A stretch of 63,601 nt of DNA, the filler included, from Pelomyxa schiedti (Eukaryota; Protista; Evosea), in NCBI GenBank assembly GCA_020536535.1. It is 11 parts of 11 records of this genome, joined end to end, with 100 filler letters (N's around TTAATTAATTAA, not from the genome) between each part and the next. Parts side by side here need not be neighbours in the genome. Positions count along the whole stretch, not along the records: positions 22,906 to 35,519 come from JAHLWZ010001211.1; positions 35,620 to 36,634 come from JAHLWZ010003000.1; positions 36,735 to 37,845 come from JAHLWZ010002819.1; positions 37,946 to 59,804 come from JAHLWZ010000045.1; 7 more parts are not named here. One strand, given 5' to 3'. Below the pieces are notes generated by a model that was not told the origin of the DNA, ran no database searches, and was given only the letters and a program-made list of their open reading frames with translations. The translations under genes were made by a program, and so were the position numbers. Below, piece by piece: positions 27,694-41,000 of the stretch. How positions within the stretch are numbered: position 1 is the first letter of the stretch; each line of letters begins with the position of its first letter.

Positions 27694-30600
27694 ATGGGGG
27701 TGCCGAAGTTCTTCCGTTGGTTGGTTGAAAGATACCCCCTCATAATGCACGGCATACCGTCGTCGACGGCGCGGGCGCCTGTGGAGTTCGACAACTTGTT
27801 CATTGATTTGAATGGTGTCTTGCACACGTGTTTCAAAAAAGATATGGATGACTCGCAGGAGAGCGTGGCCGCCAGCCGAAGTGGTGAAATTAGTGGTGCC
27901 AATTCCGCTGCCGACAGTGGGGCTCCTAAAAATACAGCGAGCGCCAGCGCGACCGTGTGTGACGAACGCCGAACTGTACTTGTTATGCAGTACATAGAGC
28001 AGCTGTTCAGGATAGCAGCACCTAAGAGACTACTTTTTATTGCTGTTGATGGTGTGGCGCCAAGAGCGAAAATGAATCAACAACGTGCCAGACGCTTCAC
28101 TTCTGCAAAGGTTTCCCCATTTGTTCCCTTTTGTACTTCTCATGGTATCGTAGGAAGCAAAAAAGCAAGCAAGGTTAACCAACTTATTTCTTGCCAATCT
28201 GTTAATCTAATTCAAAAAAGTATGCTAAATAAGCCTATAAGTGGCTTTGATTCAAATTGTATCACCCCTGGAACTGAGTTCATGGTCTCCTTAACTTCAC
28301 ACTTGAAGTTCTTCATTCAAAAAATGCAAACAGAGCACCATAGCTGGGGCAAAGTCAAAATTATATTTTCTGGCCAGGTTGAATTGTTGTGTAATGCAGA
28401 GAAGTTCTCACCTATGTCATTCATCTCAAGGAAGTCCCTGGAGAAGGAGAACATAAAATCATGGACTATATCAGGCAGATGAAAAATACACCTGACTGGG
28501 ACCCAAATCAGAGTCATTGCATATATGGATTAGATGCAGATCTGTTTTTACTTGGCTTGGTGACTCATGAGCCTCACACCTCAATTCTCCGCGAAGAGGT
28601 CTGTTAAATGACTCTAATGTTCCCATCTTTCTCTCCTGTTAACAGAAAGTATTTTTAAAGGTATTGTTACGTGATTCTAGAAAGCAAGCAAAGGGCCAGC
28701 CCCAACAATTTCAACTTGTTCACCTTTCTTTATTACGAGAGTACATTGACTTGGAGTACCGGAGCCTCAAACTCCCTTTTCCCTATAAGTATACTCATTC
28801 CTTCCCTTGAACTCCTACCAATTTCTCTGTAGCTTGGAGAGGATAATTGACGATTTTTCCTTGTTTGTGTGTTTCGTAGGAAATGACTTCTTGCCAAACC
28901 TCCCTGGAATAGAGTTGAGTCACCTTATTCCAATACAAAATACCAACTAGTGCTAGTATTGCTGTGGGCACACTAGATAGACTTATTTCTATATATAAGG
29001 AGGTTCTGCCCTCACTTGAAGGCTACATTGTAGATGGCGCCAGCATCAATAAAAACCGGCTTGCCCAGTTCTTTGAGCAGTATGCATATAAAAATTACTT
29101 TTCTGTTAACAGTTACCAGGGTTGCTCAAATCGAGTTTGAAAAACTCGGTGATAGTTTTCTTGGTGTTGGGCAACTTTTTGAACCTGATCCCCCTTCCCC
29201 AACCTCCACCGAGGGAGTGCTTTTGAAAGGTGCAGATAAAGCTCTAACTCTGAGTGATAGTGAATCGGAAAGAGAAACTATTCAAAACAATCCATCTCCG
29301 CAGGAAGAAGCTTACTTCTACACATCTCCTGCGTTGCACCCCACTAGTTTTTTCCCCCTTTTTATATCCTTAAGCCAACCAAAAAAAAAGTCTTCTCGCC
29401 CCCTCTGCCAGAAGAAGAATCCCACCTCCTTGATAAGCACTGCAAAGCCAGGTAAGTGGCTCTTCTCCGCCGGCTCTAACACTTCCAAGTTACTACCGCC
29501 GTTTCTTTGACCTTGCAATGACAGAGACTGAAGCATTACTGAATATTCAGCATGCTTACATTTCAGGACTTTTTTGGGTTATGCAGTACTATCACACGGG
29601 TTGTTCATCTTGGAGCTGGTTTTTATTTACTCTTATCATTTTGCTCTCTACTACCATCTTTCATTATTTTCTCCTCCAAAAAGTAGTTAAAAATGGTTTT
29701 AATTCTTGGGAAGGTTTTACCCATATCACTACTCTCCATTGGCATCTGATTTGTGTCAATTAACGACTTATAATGTTTCATTTGAAGTTGGAGCACCACT
29801 GTTACCTCTATACCAACTTTTAGCTGTACTGCCGCCTGACAGGTATTTAAACATCTCACATTTACGGCTTACATAATCCAGTTGTCAATTAGTCCCTGAA
29901 GGGCTGAGACGCCTTATGATAGATCCCTCCTCACCAATAATCGATTTTTATCCAAAAGACTTTGAAGTTGATATGGAAGAAAAGTTCAAAGATTGGGAAG
30001 CCGTTGTACTCCTTCCTTTTATTGATGAAAAAAGGTATCTTTCATGCTTCTTGGGTTACTTGAAATTTCCTTCTTTCAGGCTTTTATCTGCCATTCAGCA
30101 GAAGGGTGGTGAGCTAAGTGCAATTGAAAAAGAAAGGAATAAGTATGGGGAAACTTTGATTTATTCGTCCTCCCCATCAAACCGCTCCTTTTTGAAGTCA
30201 ACTGTACCTTCAGTATGTTACTGTTGTGTTGGAACCTCAATCTAATTTCTTTTGTGTTTCCAGCTTCTTTCTGATATTCCCTGGTGCACATCACAAGGCC
30301 ATGCATTCACACTCCCTCACGCACCAAATGCACGATTCAGTCTACATCCACTAACGAAATTGGGAATTTTGGCACCTCCCACAGTTCCAACTCTTCACAC
30401 CCTTCCAATTGAATCAGCTATACTTCGTTATGTCCACGTGCACCTTTTCCTCTCAGGCCCGTCTAAGCATGAAACTCTGTTATTGACCCTGGCAAATCAT
30501 GTTCACACCACAGAGGAAGCTTTATCTTCTTTGTTACGGTCTGGTGGTGTTGTCTTCCACTCCTGGCCATATTTGTGGGAAGGCAAGGTATTCCTATTCC

Positions 30601-32747
30601 AACCACTCTTCGTGACTCTAAAATAACACTAAGGTTGGCATGCTCTCAGATATTTCTGGATCTGTTAGACTCCAGTCTCCGCAGGGAGCATCACAACCAA
30701 ATCTGTCACAAATGCCTCCTAGTGACCAGCTTGCTAAAATTCCGCATACGCAACCTGGTCTCGAGTGGTGGGTCAAGGAAATCGACTGGCAACGAAAGGA
30801 ACACCGCGTTAAGTAAGCAACAAACACGCTGCAAAAGTCCCTAACATCCGTAGAAAAGGTATTGAAATAGGTGACCATTGTGTGCTGGTTCAAGTGTTCC
30901 CACTTGAAAGTGTTGCAATGGGTGCAAACAATACTCCTACCCCATGGTAAAAACTTAGTTCCTCACTAATTTGTTTTTGACGCTCATAGGTATTCGGAAA
31001 CTGCAACACTGTACCCATTTCATTTGTTGTCTTGTGCAACTGACCGTGGCCTCACTTCAGTAAAGTTACCAGCAGAAAAAGTGGTTGAGGTTTTTTTTCC
31101 ATTTTATTCCACTACAAAATGTAACAGAAAACCAAAATGTAGGAACAGTTCCCTATTGGGTCACCACTATTATACGTCGACTTTAAATACCCATTTGCCC
31201 CTGGTACAGTTTATCTACACCAAACCAACAATAGACTTCAAATTTGCATCACGCCTCTTCCTCCACAACCCAGTTTGTCCCATGTCATTTCCTCAGAAGG
31301 TTTGAGTCCTCTTTTCCAACTTTGATTCCTGATTCCTGACTCTAAGACAAATTGTGGCTTCCCTTTGCCGACACCGCCAGTGCAATTAACTGCAGTCCAA
31401 CTGTTCTTGCCAAAATATCTGCGAATGTTTTCTTCGATCCAGGTCGGAGGAATCTTGGTCTGACAATGAGGAGACCGTCAGCTAATCTTCAACTTCACTC
31501 TTACTGCCGTAAACTTGGAAGGGGCTGGGAATTTTCAATGGAGGCTGTTACTGCACTCAAGGAATATAAGACCAGGTTCCCTCAAGTATGGGATGCAGTG
31601 GAACGGGACCCCGAACGGAAAAGATATCATGTCCTCAGCTTAGTTGGCTCAGCCAAGCCAACACCAGCGGTGTGTGTTTGCAAAAATACCCTCACATTTG
31701 ACAAGTTTGAAAGAACGACATAGCCCTCTCTGTCGATTGGACAATTCCCAGGTCAAGCAAGCCTAAAGACAGTCCTCTCTCCGAGACTGACCAAAGTGAG
31801 TCGGAACTTGACATCATTACCTCCACACCGCCGCACAGAACACCAGAACAAGGAACCAGCAACGATTCCGTACCACTATCATCCCCCGTTCCAGCATCTC
31901 CCAAACTCAATCCTCAAAACTCAGCACCCGCAGAAGCAAGTCCATCAACACCACCATCATCAGACACAGACATACCTTCAGAAATGAAACCAACAAACTT
32001 TTCTGATAACCACGTATGTACCACTCCCATATGGGCTCCGTGAACCTAAATATACACAAGTCTCGCGACATCTTCACAATTATGCTAACAACACACCAGG
32101 AGTGGCTCCGAAAACTGGAGTGGAAAGCCAAACACCTCTGCGACGAAATAACAGCCTGGATACAATCGCAACCCCTAAGCGGGGCATCCCTCGTGCCGTG
32201 CGGCAGCGACAGCGCGCCGGCGCCATCCATCAAGCCGATCGAGCAAGCCGGGGCCGCCTTCGCCGCGGCGCTGCGGGCCTCCGAGTCTCGGCTGCTGAAC
32301 CTGGTGCCTACGCACTTGTGCCTGCAGCAGGCGCAGAACGCCTCGTTCCCGGTGGCCATGCTCGGCGCCGGGACGGCCCACCCGAGGCCCGGGTCCAGGG
32401 TGGCGAACCTGCTGGACTCCCACGTGCCGTTTGGGCGCACCGGCACACTTGTGGGAGTGCGCGGATACGTGTGCGACGTGATACTGGACGAGCCGGTCCT
32501 GACCGGCACCACACTGGGGGGCGTGTGCGCCCCGTTCCGCGGGTACACTGTGGACTCGAGGCATTTGCTGTTCCTGCCCTCTGGCAAGGTGTCAGGCACG
32601 CAGCAGGGAATTGCCGCCGCGATCAACAACATACTCAAGTGGAAGACGCCTTCTGGAATGCCGACACCAGGCCAACATGAAGGCGCCGCGGCCTACATGC
32701 ACCCACACTCTGACACTGACACCGACACTGATCCAGGACTTTCGTAA
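27694..32747 (+). CDS. XRN1: 5'-3' exoribonuclease 1
   Basis: [81 protein letters not shown]. The long C-terminal extension with an SH3-like region ([11 protein letters not shown]) points to XRN1 rather than XRN2. Confidence 0.95.
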
Positions 32748-32770
32748 AAAACTTTTTGGTTGTTGATCAT

Positions 32771-32863
32771 TTTGCTGAATAAAAAAAAACACCAGACCGC
32801 CGATCCTGAGAGACAACAAGGAAAATGACAGCGTTCCGGTCTGTTGATATTTTATTCAGCCAA
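32771..32863 (-). repeat. ~92-bp hairpin element, copy D
   Basis: Reverse complement ttggctgaataaaatatcaacagaccggaacgctgt...ctcaggatcggcggtctggtgttt...tattcagc matches copy A along its length. Confidence 0.88.
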
Positions 32864-33072
32864 GTGCAAGAACTACATGGTGCACGGCCCATCTTGGAGG
32901 AGAAGAAAAAATCCTTCCTGTGAATTCCACAGGGAAAACCAACTTCTACATCAGTCATTTCTCCAAAATGAATCGATACACATGGGACCATGGCCCAGAA
33001 AAGGAAAGCGTTTGATATTGGACGTTTCAATCTTCTAGATAATAATCTTCTGGTGCCAACTCAGAAAAAACG

Positions 33073-34093
33073 ATGATTAAGCGCAGCACCCTTCTTTTCA
33101 TCATCATAGTGTCGCTGGCGTACCTCAGTATTCTCCTGCGCGCCTTTCTGTGGAGTGTGGTCCCACCAACCACCACCACCACAGCAGTTGCACCTTTACC
33201 GCCCATCCAGGCAACAAGTTCTGCCGCAGCACCCCTGTCATCATCATCGTCATCATCATCGTCATCATCATCGTCATCATCCATCTCTGTTGCTGCTGTA
33301 GAATTAATACCGACGATCCCCCTTGTTGTGGTTGGTGCCTACTTCCACGGTGAGGTTGATCCACAGAGGGGATCCGTGTACACTCCCACTTGCGTGGAGT
33401 ACTTCAGAGTGTGGTACGATTCTCTCCGCAAGTGCGGAATCCACGGTGTTCTGATGCACAACGGCCTGAACGAGAGTGTGGTGAGGCAGATGGAGACCGA
33501 CACGTTCAAGTTTGTGCGGGTGGACAAGTCACAGTACAGTACGAAGATGCGCCCAAACGAGTGGAGGATGCTTGCCCTCCTGGATTTGGTGCAGAACCAC
33601 AGCGAGTGGGAGTACGTGATATCCACTGATGTTCGGGATGTGAGGTTCAACAGAAACCCAGTCGAGATGATGCGGAACATCACTGGCCGGGACATATTCT
33701 TCTCGTGGGAGGTGCAGCCAGCATGGGACTGGGTGCACAGAGTGTGGCAGGGGTGCGAAGGGATTGACAAGACAGACGAACAGAAGAAGCTGTACTCCTG
33801 TGCAGTGTTTGGTGGAAAGCGGGAAGCGATGCTCGTCCACCTGGAAATGGTGGCACAACATCTGATCAGGATGGCAGAGCACACTGGAAACTCCACCAGG
33901 ACAGTCTGCGACATGATTGCACACAACATACCCATCTACGATTTTTGGATGGGAAACTCAACTGCACCAGGGGAGAATGTGGGACGGGGATGACAGTCAC
34001 CTTTTGTTCAGTATGTTCAACTTGACCCCTGATCAGGAGAAGAGCTACTCTGTTGTCCATACAAGAAGACCATCACTGGCCTGCCCTAAATAG
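33073..34093 (+). CDS. Intronless type II membrane GT-A-like glycosyltransferase with an apparent frameshift near the 3' end (ORF as assembled stops at 33993)
   Basis: TM anchor, Thr/Ser stem ((TCA/TCG)n at about 33238-33282), VISTDVRDVRFNRNP, AVFGG, CDM..HN. Removing one G at 33970-33973 extends the frame to ...SYSVVHTRRPSLACPK*. Confidence 0.65.
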
Positions 34094-34249
34094 TGCTTGA
34101 TTTTATTTCACTGCACCACTCCATACTTTCTCTCTTTGTTGTTGTATTCACATCGCCACCAAGAGTGACAAGACGAAGATGAGATTGTAGTAGTTGGTGC
34201 TGGTCGTTCATCGCCGAATGTTCAACAGCTGGAAGACTTTCCAGCAGAA

Positions 34250-34700
34250 AAGTATTCACAAAGTCCTGAGCAGTTTGTTGGTGAGACCTGGGAAACGACT
34301 GTGCCCATCCCATTCTCCCTCCATTTTTTTTGATACATTGTAATCCAGTTAAAGTCTGAAGAGAACACAGCACACATTTCCGATATAAGTGGTGCTCAAC
34401 ACCATGAACAACCCGGTGCAAAGGCAATCCAGGGTTTTCTGCTCAAAGGTATGTGTATTTCCAGAGTTGTAGCGCTCGTTGGCTCTCATGTTGTCGTAAT
34501 CTCCACACCACAAGGCCGGGGTGTTTAGTGGAGAAACTAAAGAAAGAGTGGTTGGCGTGGCACAGTCACGCTTAACCAATGGGTGCCCTCACAGTCCCAA
34601 CCAACCTACTCAAGTATGCTAAGCACCGACCTTTGAAGGGAGAGATTGGGGGTTATCATAAATCTTGTGGCGAGGTGACTTCGCGTACCTGTAGTTATAA
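34250..34700 (-). mobile_element. Possible highly decayed piggyBac-like transposase remnant
   Basis: Broken frames give, in the expected order, RHKIYDN, LVGTVR and H...RKCVLCS...T.LQC; motif resemblance only. Confidence 0.25.
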
Positions 34701-35619
34701 GTAGAGCAGGCGTAGCAAAAGTCTTGCCGACACCAAGTTAGTGGTGGGGCAGTTGGAGCCCAGGCCCCGGTGTGTCGGTTACCATGCAGTCACTTGTGTT
34801 GGTGTGCCACTCTGTTGGGTGAATGCTGAGTACCATTATTGGGTCTTGCTGCCTTTTTGGTGGCACAGAAACGCTGGGCATCGTGCAAGGAATGTGTCCA
34901 TCTTTCCGTGTGGTCTACGTCGATAAGGCAACACGGCCATGGTGTAGTGCATCGTACTCCAGTTGCTCTTCACACCTTCGTTTGAATCATAAGCCAATGC
35001 GTAATTAAAAATCGTGGGTGATTGGGCCGTTAAAACCTATGGTTCTAATCACTGATGGATCTCTGGGAAAACTACCGCGAATCTGTTGGGACCCTGAGGG
35101 AGATCCAGGCGACACCTGGACCTTCTGTGTCTTCATGGTGGAAAGATACTTCAACCACACTCGGCATTGCAACGCTGTAAGCAGCCCAGAAGTCATTCCC
35201 CAGAATAAAAAGGCTGTCCACATTTTCAATTAACTTACATAACTGGATCATGGGGCGGAGGTTTTGGGGCGAAGCTTTATAGCAGAAAACACTGACACCT
35301 TCGCCCTTTTTTCTTCGCCCATGGGGCGAAGCTTTTTTTCCTCTCAAAAGTGGCAACACAACCAACAGTGTCAACCACAACCCAGCAGACAAGTGGTCGG
35401 GTGTCCTCAACTGTTGGAGGACATTCCTTGCGTGCAACACCATCAAGGTAATACCTCTGTGGGTGTTATGTAGTCTGTTCTACCATCATAATGCATGTTT
35501 TAGGAGGTCACGAGGGAGTNNNNNNNNNNNNNNNNNNNNNNNNNNNNNNNNNNNNNNNNNNNNTTAATTAATTAANNNNNNNNNNNNNNNNNNNNNNNNN
35601 NNNNNNNNNNNNNNNNNNN

Positions 35620-35945
35620 CTCACGAAGAGGTAGCTGGACACACTGTCCCTCCCTTGCGAGGGACTGATTGGGAGGCCGAACACAGCTTCCCTCTCGGGC
35701 CTGAGCACCCAGTCCTCGGCCCACGCCCTGACCAACAACGAGGACTGTGCCCACACAACCATTGACGGGGCGCATTCGGCACCAACACGACTACGCGGTT
35801 GGCGGGAACCCGCTGATTCGAAGTGAGATCCTGGCGTCGGATCTGCCCTTGTTCTTGTTGTCGTTGCAGTCCCCCTCAAAGCTACGACGGCCGCGCAACA
35901 AACCGCCATCGCTTGTGACTTGGCCGTCAACGTTGGCGTGGTCAT
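35620..35945 (-). CDS. Orphan family 2-like protein, N-terminus only
   Basis: LTAKSQAMAV...SRVGAECAPS...LVRAWAEDWV parallels the family 2 N-terminus. Confidence 0.5.
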
Positions 35946-36315
35946 CGGTGCACTTGATCAAACGGTTTTGTGGTCTTCCACGAAGGTGATACTCCTGAGC
36001 TTCAGGATGATCTGATTCCAAGGGATCCCTTAATTGTAGTAATCTCAAGGGACAATAGATAAACCCTTCATTGTGTTCGATGGTTGTCAACTCTAATCTC
36101 TCTTGATAAAAAAAACGCTTTGTGATGGGATCAACAGGGTCGTCGCAGAAAAACGCAACACAGGAGCACCACCAACAACCGCCGGACAAGCCCCCGTCGC
36201 CAGAGTGCCCACCGTTCTTTCCAGAAGGAACTGCACACATCCATCCACAAAGAGATCCCAGTGCCCTGCACAGCAAGAGAATTGCGGGTGGCGTCGGTCA
36301 CAATGGCCAGTGGTT

Positions 36316-36634
36316 GATGCACAGCAACAACAACAGGGGGAGGGTGTTTGCCATTTTGTGCAGCTGTGGCTCCACGTGCGGGGCCGGGAGCCCCCGCAGA
36401 ATGAGGGACGCGATGCGCGGGTCACATGTGGCCAGGCACATCTTTTGGATGCTGGAAGCTCACTCGCCTTGGTCGCACGAGTACCTTGGGAGGCCGAAAT
36501 CGGTCGTGATGGCTTGGAGTTGGGTGAAAAATACAATGAACGACGGCAGGTCGCACATCATGGCTGTCACGAGGGTGAGGAACGACGACAACAATTATCA
36601 AGAGGAGGAAGAAAAAGGGGAGTGGAGGATTGTG
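36316..36634 (+). CDS. Hypothetical protein N-terminus, possibly family 2-related
   Basis: ATG-initiated open frame to the contig end (RVFAILCSCGSTCGAGSP...WSWV). Confidence 0.3.
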
Positions 36635-36765
36635 NNNNNNNNNNNNNNNNNNNNNNNNNNNNNNNNNNNNNNNNNNNNTTAATTAATTAANNNNNNNNNN
36701 NNNNNNNNNNNNNNNNNNNNNNNNNNNNNNNNNNATAATCAGCACTTCTTTCATTTTGCATTTTA

Positions 36766-37845
36766 GATCATTGATTGTATTGTGGCAGGGAAAAAAGTCT
36801 CAGGTACAATAGGAAAAGAGACTCTTGACTTCGGAGTTCCTCAGATCCCTGTTATCAAACGTGACATGTGCGACAGGAACCGCACATCACCCATGGCATT
36901 CACTGGTAACTACCTTCATTCACTCTGTAGTGCCAAAACTTTTTAGGGAACAGGTTTGAGTTCCGTGCAGTTGGTTCATCACAGGACTGTGCTATCCCTA
37001 TCTGTGTTATGAATACAATAGGTATTCCCTGAGTCTAGTATACATTCTAATTGAATTTAGTTGCGCAATCACTTCATGCTATGTGTGATGAAGTTGAAGC
37101 TCTCCTTAGAGCCAAGACAGCCCCAGTTGTTGCTTTTGATGAAATCATTCGATCTACTCTTACAGGTGCCCAACGAATAATATACAATGGGTATGCTTCT
37201 TGTTTCCTTTGCACAACTTCACGATACTTTTCTCCCACAGAGATTGTTATTCACAAGCCTACCGCAAAGAATGCGCCAAGCGTGGACTTATTAATATTGA
37301 CTCCACAGCCAAAGCTCTAGCTCTATGGGATACCCCAAAGAACAGAGATCTATTTGCAAGCATGAAAGTTTTATCAGAAATCGAGTTAAAAGCCCTGGCC
37401 CACATGTTCAGAAGGTTCTACGTCAAGACAGTTGAAGTAGAGGCCAAGTGTTGCCTGGACATGGCCAGGACACTTATCTTGCCAGCTGTTACCAAGTTTC
37501 CTCCAAAAAACACTAAAGTGATTTCATTAACATCAAGCCAGCTTCCAGGGAGTTCTTGCGAATTCAATCCAGACGGCCCGCACTGTTGTGGGCACAAAAT
37601 CAGTAGAACCGCAACGACAACTGTTAGTATCCGTCACGCAACTAATCAACTCCCTAATCACCGCCAATTCCGCCCTGGAAGCGACCATTGCCAAGGTAAA
37701 CATCTCCCCTGGTTCCAAATTAATTGACAGCTTCAAAACAGGCCTTGCGTCTTCGCGGCCAGCGCCAAGCCTTTGCATTCAATTCCGAAGTTGGTGCCGC
37801 AATGCTGACGGTCAGAGTCCACTGTGACAAGCTCGAAACAATCAC
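36766..37845 (+). CDS. glnN: Glutamine synthetase type III, C-terminal part, spliced
   Basis: [49 protein letters not shown]...MARTLILPA and R.HCDKLE are characteristic GSIII motifs. Confidence 0.92.
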
Positions 37846-37945
37846 NNNNNNNNNNNNNNNNNNNNNNNNNNNNNNNNNNNNNNNNNNNNTTAATTAATTA
37901 ANNNNNNNNNNNNNNNNNNNNNNNNNNNNNNNNNNNNNNNNNNNN

Positions 37946-38405
37946 AGAAGCCACATACCAGTGGAAGGCTCGGAAATACATTAAAGGGGTGCAGCAATGC
38001 TGTAGGCCTTATTACAAGGCGTAAATGCGTAAAAAATTACTTTTAATTAAATTAATAATAAATAATAAATAAATAAATAAAATATATATTAAATATTGAA
38101 TAGATATATAAATTAATTTAATAGAAATAAAACAACGAACGACGTGATGGACCAGAGACAAGGCGGGTACCGCTTGTTCCTCTTCACCCCAGGGCGACAT
38201 GGTCTCCCCTCGTAGCAGCGATTTTTTTGATGGTAGTGGAGATAAACAAAAGAGGCAAGTCACTGCACCGTCTCCACAACCCCAAACATGCCATTTATGT
38301 CAAGGCCGCGCAGCCGCTGCGAGACCCGATTCAACGAACACACACGCCGCGCTGCCGCCGCGGCGCCGCGCCAACCGCCCCGCGGCACAAAACATCAACA
38401 AATCC
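37946..38405 (+). mobile_element. Degenerate repeat, probable DNA-transposon end; inverted homolog at 40723-41000
   Basis: Three colinear blocks: agaagccacat...ggaa.gct...aaatac, a very AT-rich tract, and a GC-rich gacccgattca...gccgccgcggc...caaccgcccc...aaatcc block. Confidence 0.6.
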
Positions 38406-38494
38406 CGGCAAAATCGGGCCGCTTCACCCTGCCTTGCTCACTAAAAAATTCTGTTTTTCTCATTTGACTTGCCCCCCGGTGTATCTGGCCTGTG

Positions 38495-40704
38495 ATGATT
38501 TCTGCTAGGTGTGTCAACGCTATTGGAACTACGACGGATGACGAGTACCACACTCGAATTGCGACGATGTCACGGATCGTGTGGGAGTCCGTTCTGCCGT
38601 GGCTCGTCCCTCGTCGTCTTATCGACGGCGTACCGGCACAAAGCGCACTGGTTGCTGAAAAACCTAAACACTCGGTGACGATGTGCTGTGTCGGGGAGGG
38701 CATGTTCCCACTCGTGGGACGCGTGTGCAGGTCACTGCTGAGCCACCACGAGAAGTATTACACAGTCATGGAAGCCGCTGCCGAGGCCGGCGCAACGTCG
38801 TGCGTCGACTGGCTGTTGCGCGACAGGAAGAGGAATGCAACGCCACAAAGACCCGTCGCAGATACAATGGCCTCGTCGTCGGCTGCTGGTGGTTGCGATG
38901 ATGATGATTGGGATGAGGAGAGATGTGTCAGGAGGGGGAACAAGGAGTTCATTCACGTGCTCGGGGGGTTGTGCTGTGGCGGTCACTTGGGGATGGCAAT
39001 GAGGCTGGTCGATGGTCGCTGGCCTGGCATCACCTGGCAGACTGATCGCAGTGGTGGTGATTCGATTGCGGCGCGTGCAGGGCTGGCTCACCACGTGAGG
39101 GACTCCGCAATTCTGGTGAGAGTGTGCCGTCAGGGGCAATTAGAGGTGGCAAAGTGGATGGTGGAGAAGTTTAACATCAGGGAGCCCTGGGAGTTTGCAG
39201 GTCCACTTGTTGGTGCGGTGTCAAACGGTCACTTGCCAGTGGCTCAGTGGATTGTCAGTGTGTCTAATGGAGTTTATGCCAACTATGATCAGTGGTTGGA
39301 CATCCATGCAAGTGCATGCAAGAGTGAGAACCTTGCAGTTGTGAAGTGGTGCTTTGACACGTTTCCAGTTACAACTAATAACAATAGAGGCACTCTCCTT
39401 GCTGCATGCACAAGCACCAAAACAAGCAGTGGTGTTGCTGTGTGCAAGTACGTTATTGAGTGCCTTGGAGTGTCCAAGAGTCCAACCTCCTGGAATTTCT
39501 GCCGATTGGATGTAATGAAGTACGCTACAACAGCAATACCATTCATCATTCCAAACAACAACGATCTTGCAAGATACTGCAAAGGGAGCTTTGAATTGGT
39601 GAAGCATACTGTTGAGGAGTATTCACTAATTCCAACAGTGAAGGAGTTTCATGCAGCCTGCAAAAACAAGAAGGATGATGTGGAAGTTGTGAAGTGGCTT
39701 TCAACGAAGGTGACACTTTCACCTGAAGATCTTTGTGGCTCTCTGGTTGTGGCATTGGCCAAAAGCAACACATTGATTGCATCGTGGTTGGATGAAAGTT
39801 TCAGCATCCTGAAGCAACTCACGAGTTGGAACCTGGCACCAGGAGAATTTTTTCTGAGGGTTTGCAAAGGAATACATCCACAGAAGGGAAGGTGTGCAGG
39901 AGTGGAGTGGCTTTTGAGTCACGCTGAAATGAGAGATGTGGGGGAGGAGTTTGTTGTGAAGGCAGTTGATCATCTCTTGTTGTCCAAAGGGAGTTTGCCA
40001 ACAGTCCCCTTGCTTCTCATTGAGAGGTTCTCCGTCACAGAACCACGCAGGATGGAACTTCTGGATCGTTTGTTGAAGGCAAGTATCCAAATGGGCAGTC
40101 TTTCACTGGTAAAGAAGGTTGTTTCCATGGGAGTGTTCACCAAAGAGTCTGTTTCTCCATTACTTGTAAAGCCTGTCTGCATACTGTCAAGCAAAGCAGT
40201 CAAGTGGTTGATCACACAATTTCAAATTGAACATGACAACATTACACTTGACAATAGCACGCCAATGTTGCTCAAGTTGCTCTGTTTTGGCAAAGAAAAT
40301 TGTGCTGAGTGGCTGATAACAAGGTTTCACATCACTTTGAATGAGGTAAACACAACGAAACTAAAATTTTTCTCACCCGATTGCCTCAGGTGTTGGGAAT
40401 CCCTTTCTACCCAATCAGCCACAAGGAGTTTGACCTGTTTGCATGGAAAATGATTTGCACGAAGTTCCCAGACTTCACATCCACAATGACCAGGAGAGAG
40501 TGCCTCTTTTTTGCTGTGCAGTCGCCAGTCATTGCCAACTTCACGATGAGCATCTTTCCTGATCTGTCCATGCACGACATTGTGATCTTCTGCTCTGAAC
40601 ACCAGCCCTGCAGGTTCTCCCTTGCCACTCGTTGTTGGTTGAGGTACAACAGTCCTCGAATCTGGCAGTGGATGCAGAGCTTCTCCAACATGCACTTCAG
40701 TTAA
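38495..40704 (+). CDS. Orphan family 1 helical-repeat protein, tandem copy 1 (one intron, 40346-40390)
   Basis: 653-aa ORF plus in-frame second exon; ankyrin-like 'GHL.VA.W' units; close paralog downstream. Confidence 0.88.
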
Positions 40705-40722
40705 CAGGTTTAAATTTAAAAT

Positions 40723-41000
40723 TCGGATTTTTTTTGACTTGGGGCGGTTGCCGCGGCGGCAACGTGATGTGTGAATCGGGTCCCACCGCGTCTGCGCACT
40801 GAATATTCTCCCATTTGCTTTGTGTCGATCCCGTTCCATTTGCTTGTCTTTATTTTTGTGTTTATTATTATTTATCTAATTTATTTAAATTATTTCCCAA
40901 TAATTTATTGTACAATAATATTAATTAAGGACTTCTTTATTTTATTTCAATACATAGTTTCCTATACAAAGTATTTGCAGCTTTCCTTGATGTGGCTTCT
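40723..41000 (-). mobile_element. Inverted homolog of the 37946-38405 element
   Basis: Reverse complement contains agaagccacatcaaggaaagctgcaaatac, an AT tract and gggacccgattcacac...gccgccgcggcaaccgcccc...aaatcc. Confidence 0.6.

Noticed and set aside
35049-35075. ctgatgg...gaaa as a hammerhead ribozyme
   Set aside because: The core deviates from CUGANGA and the required stems cannot be formed.
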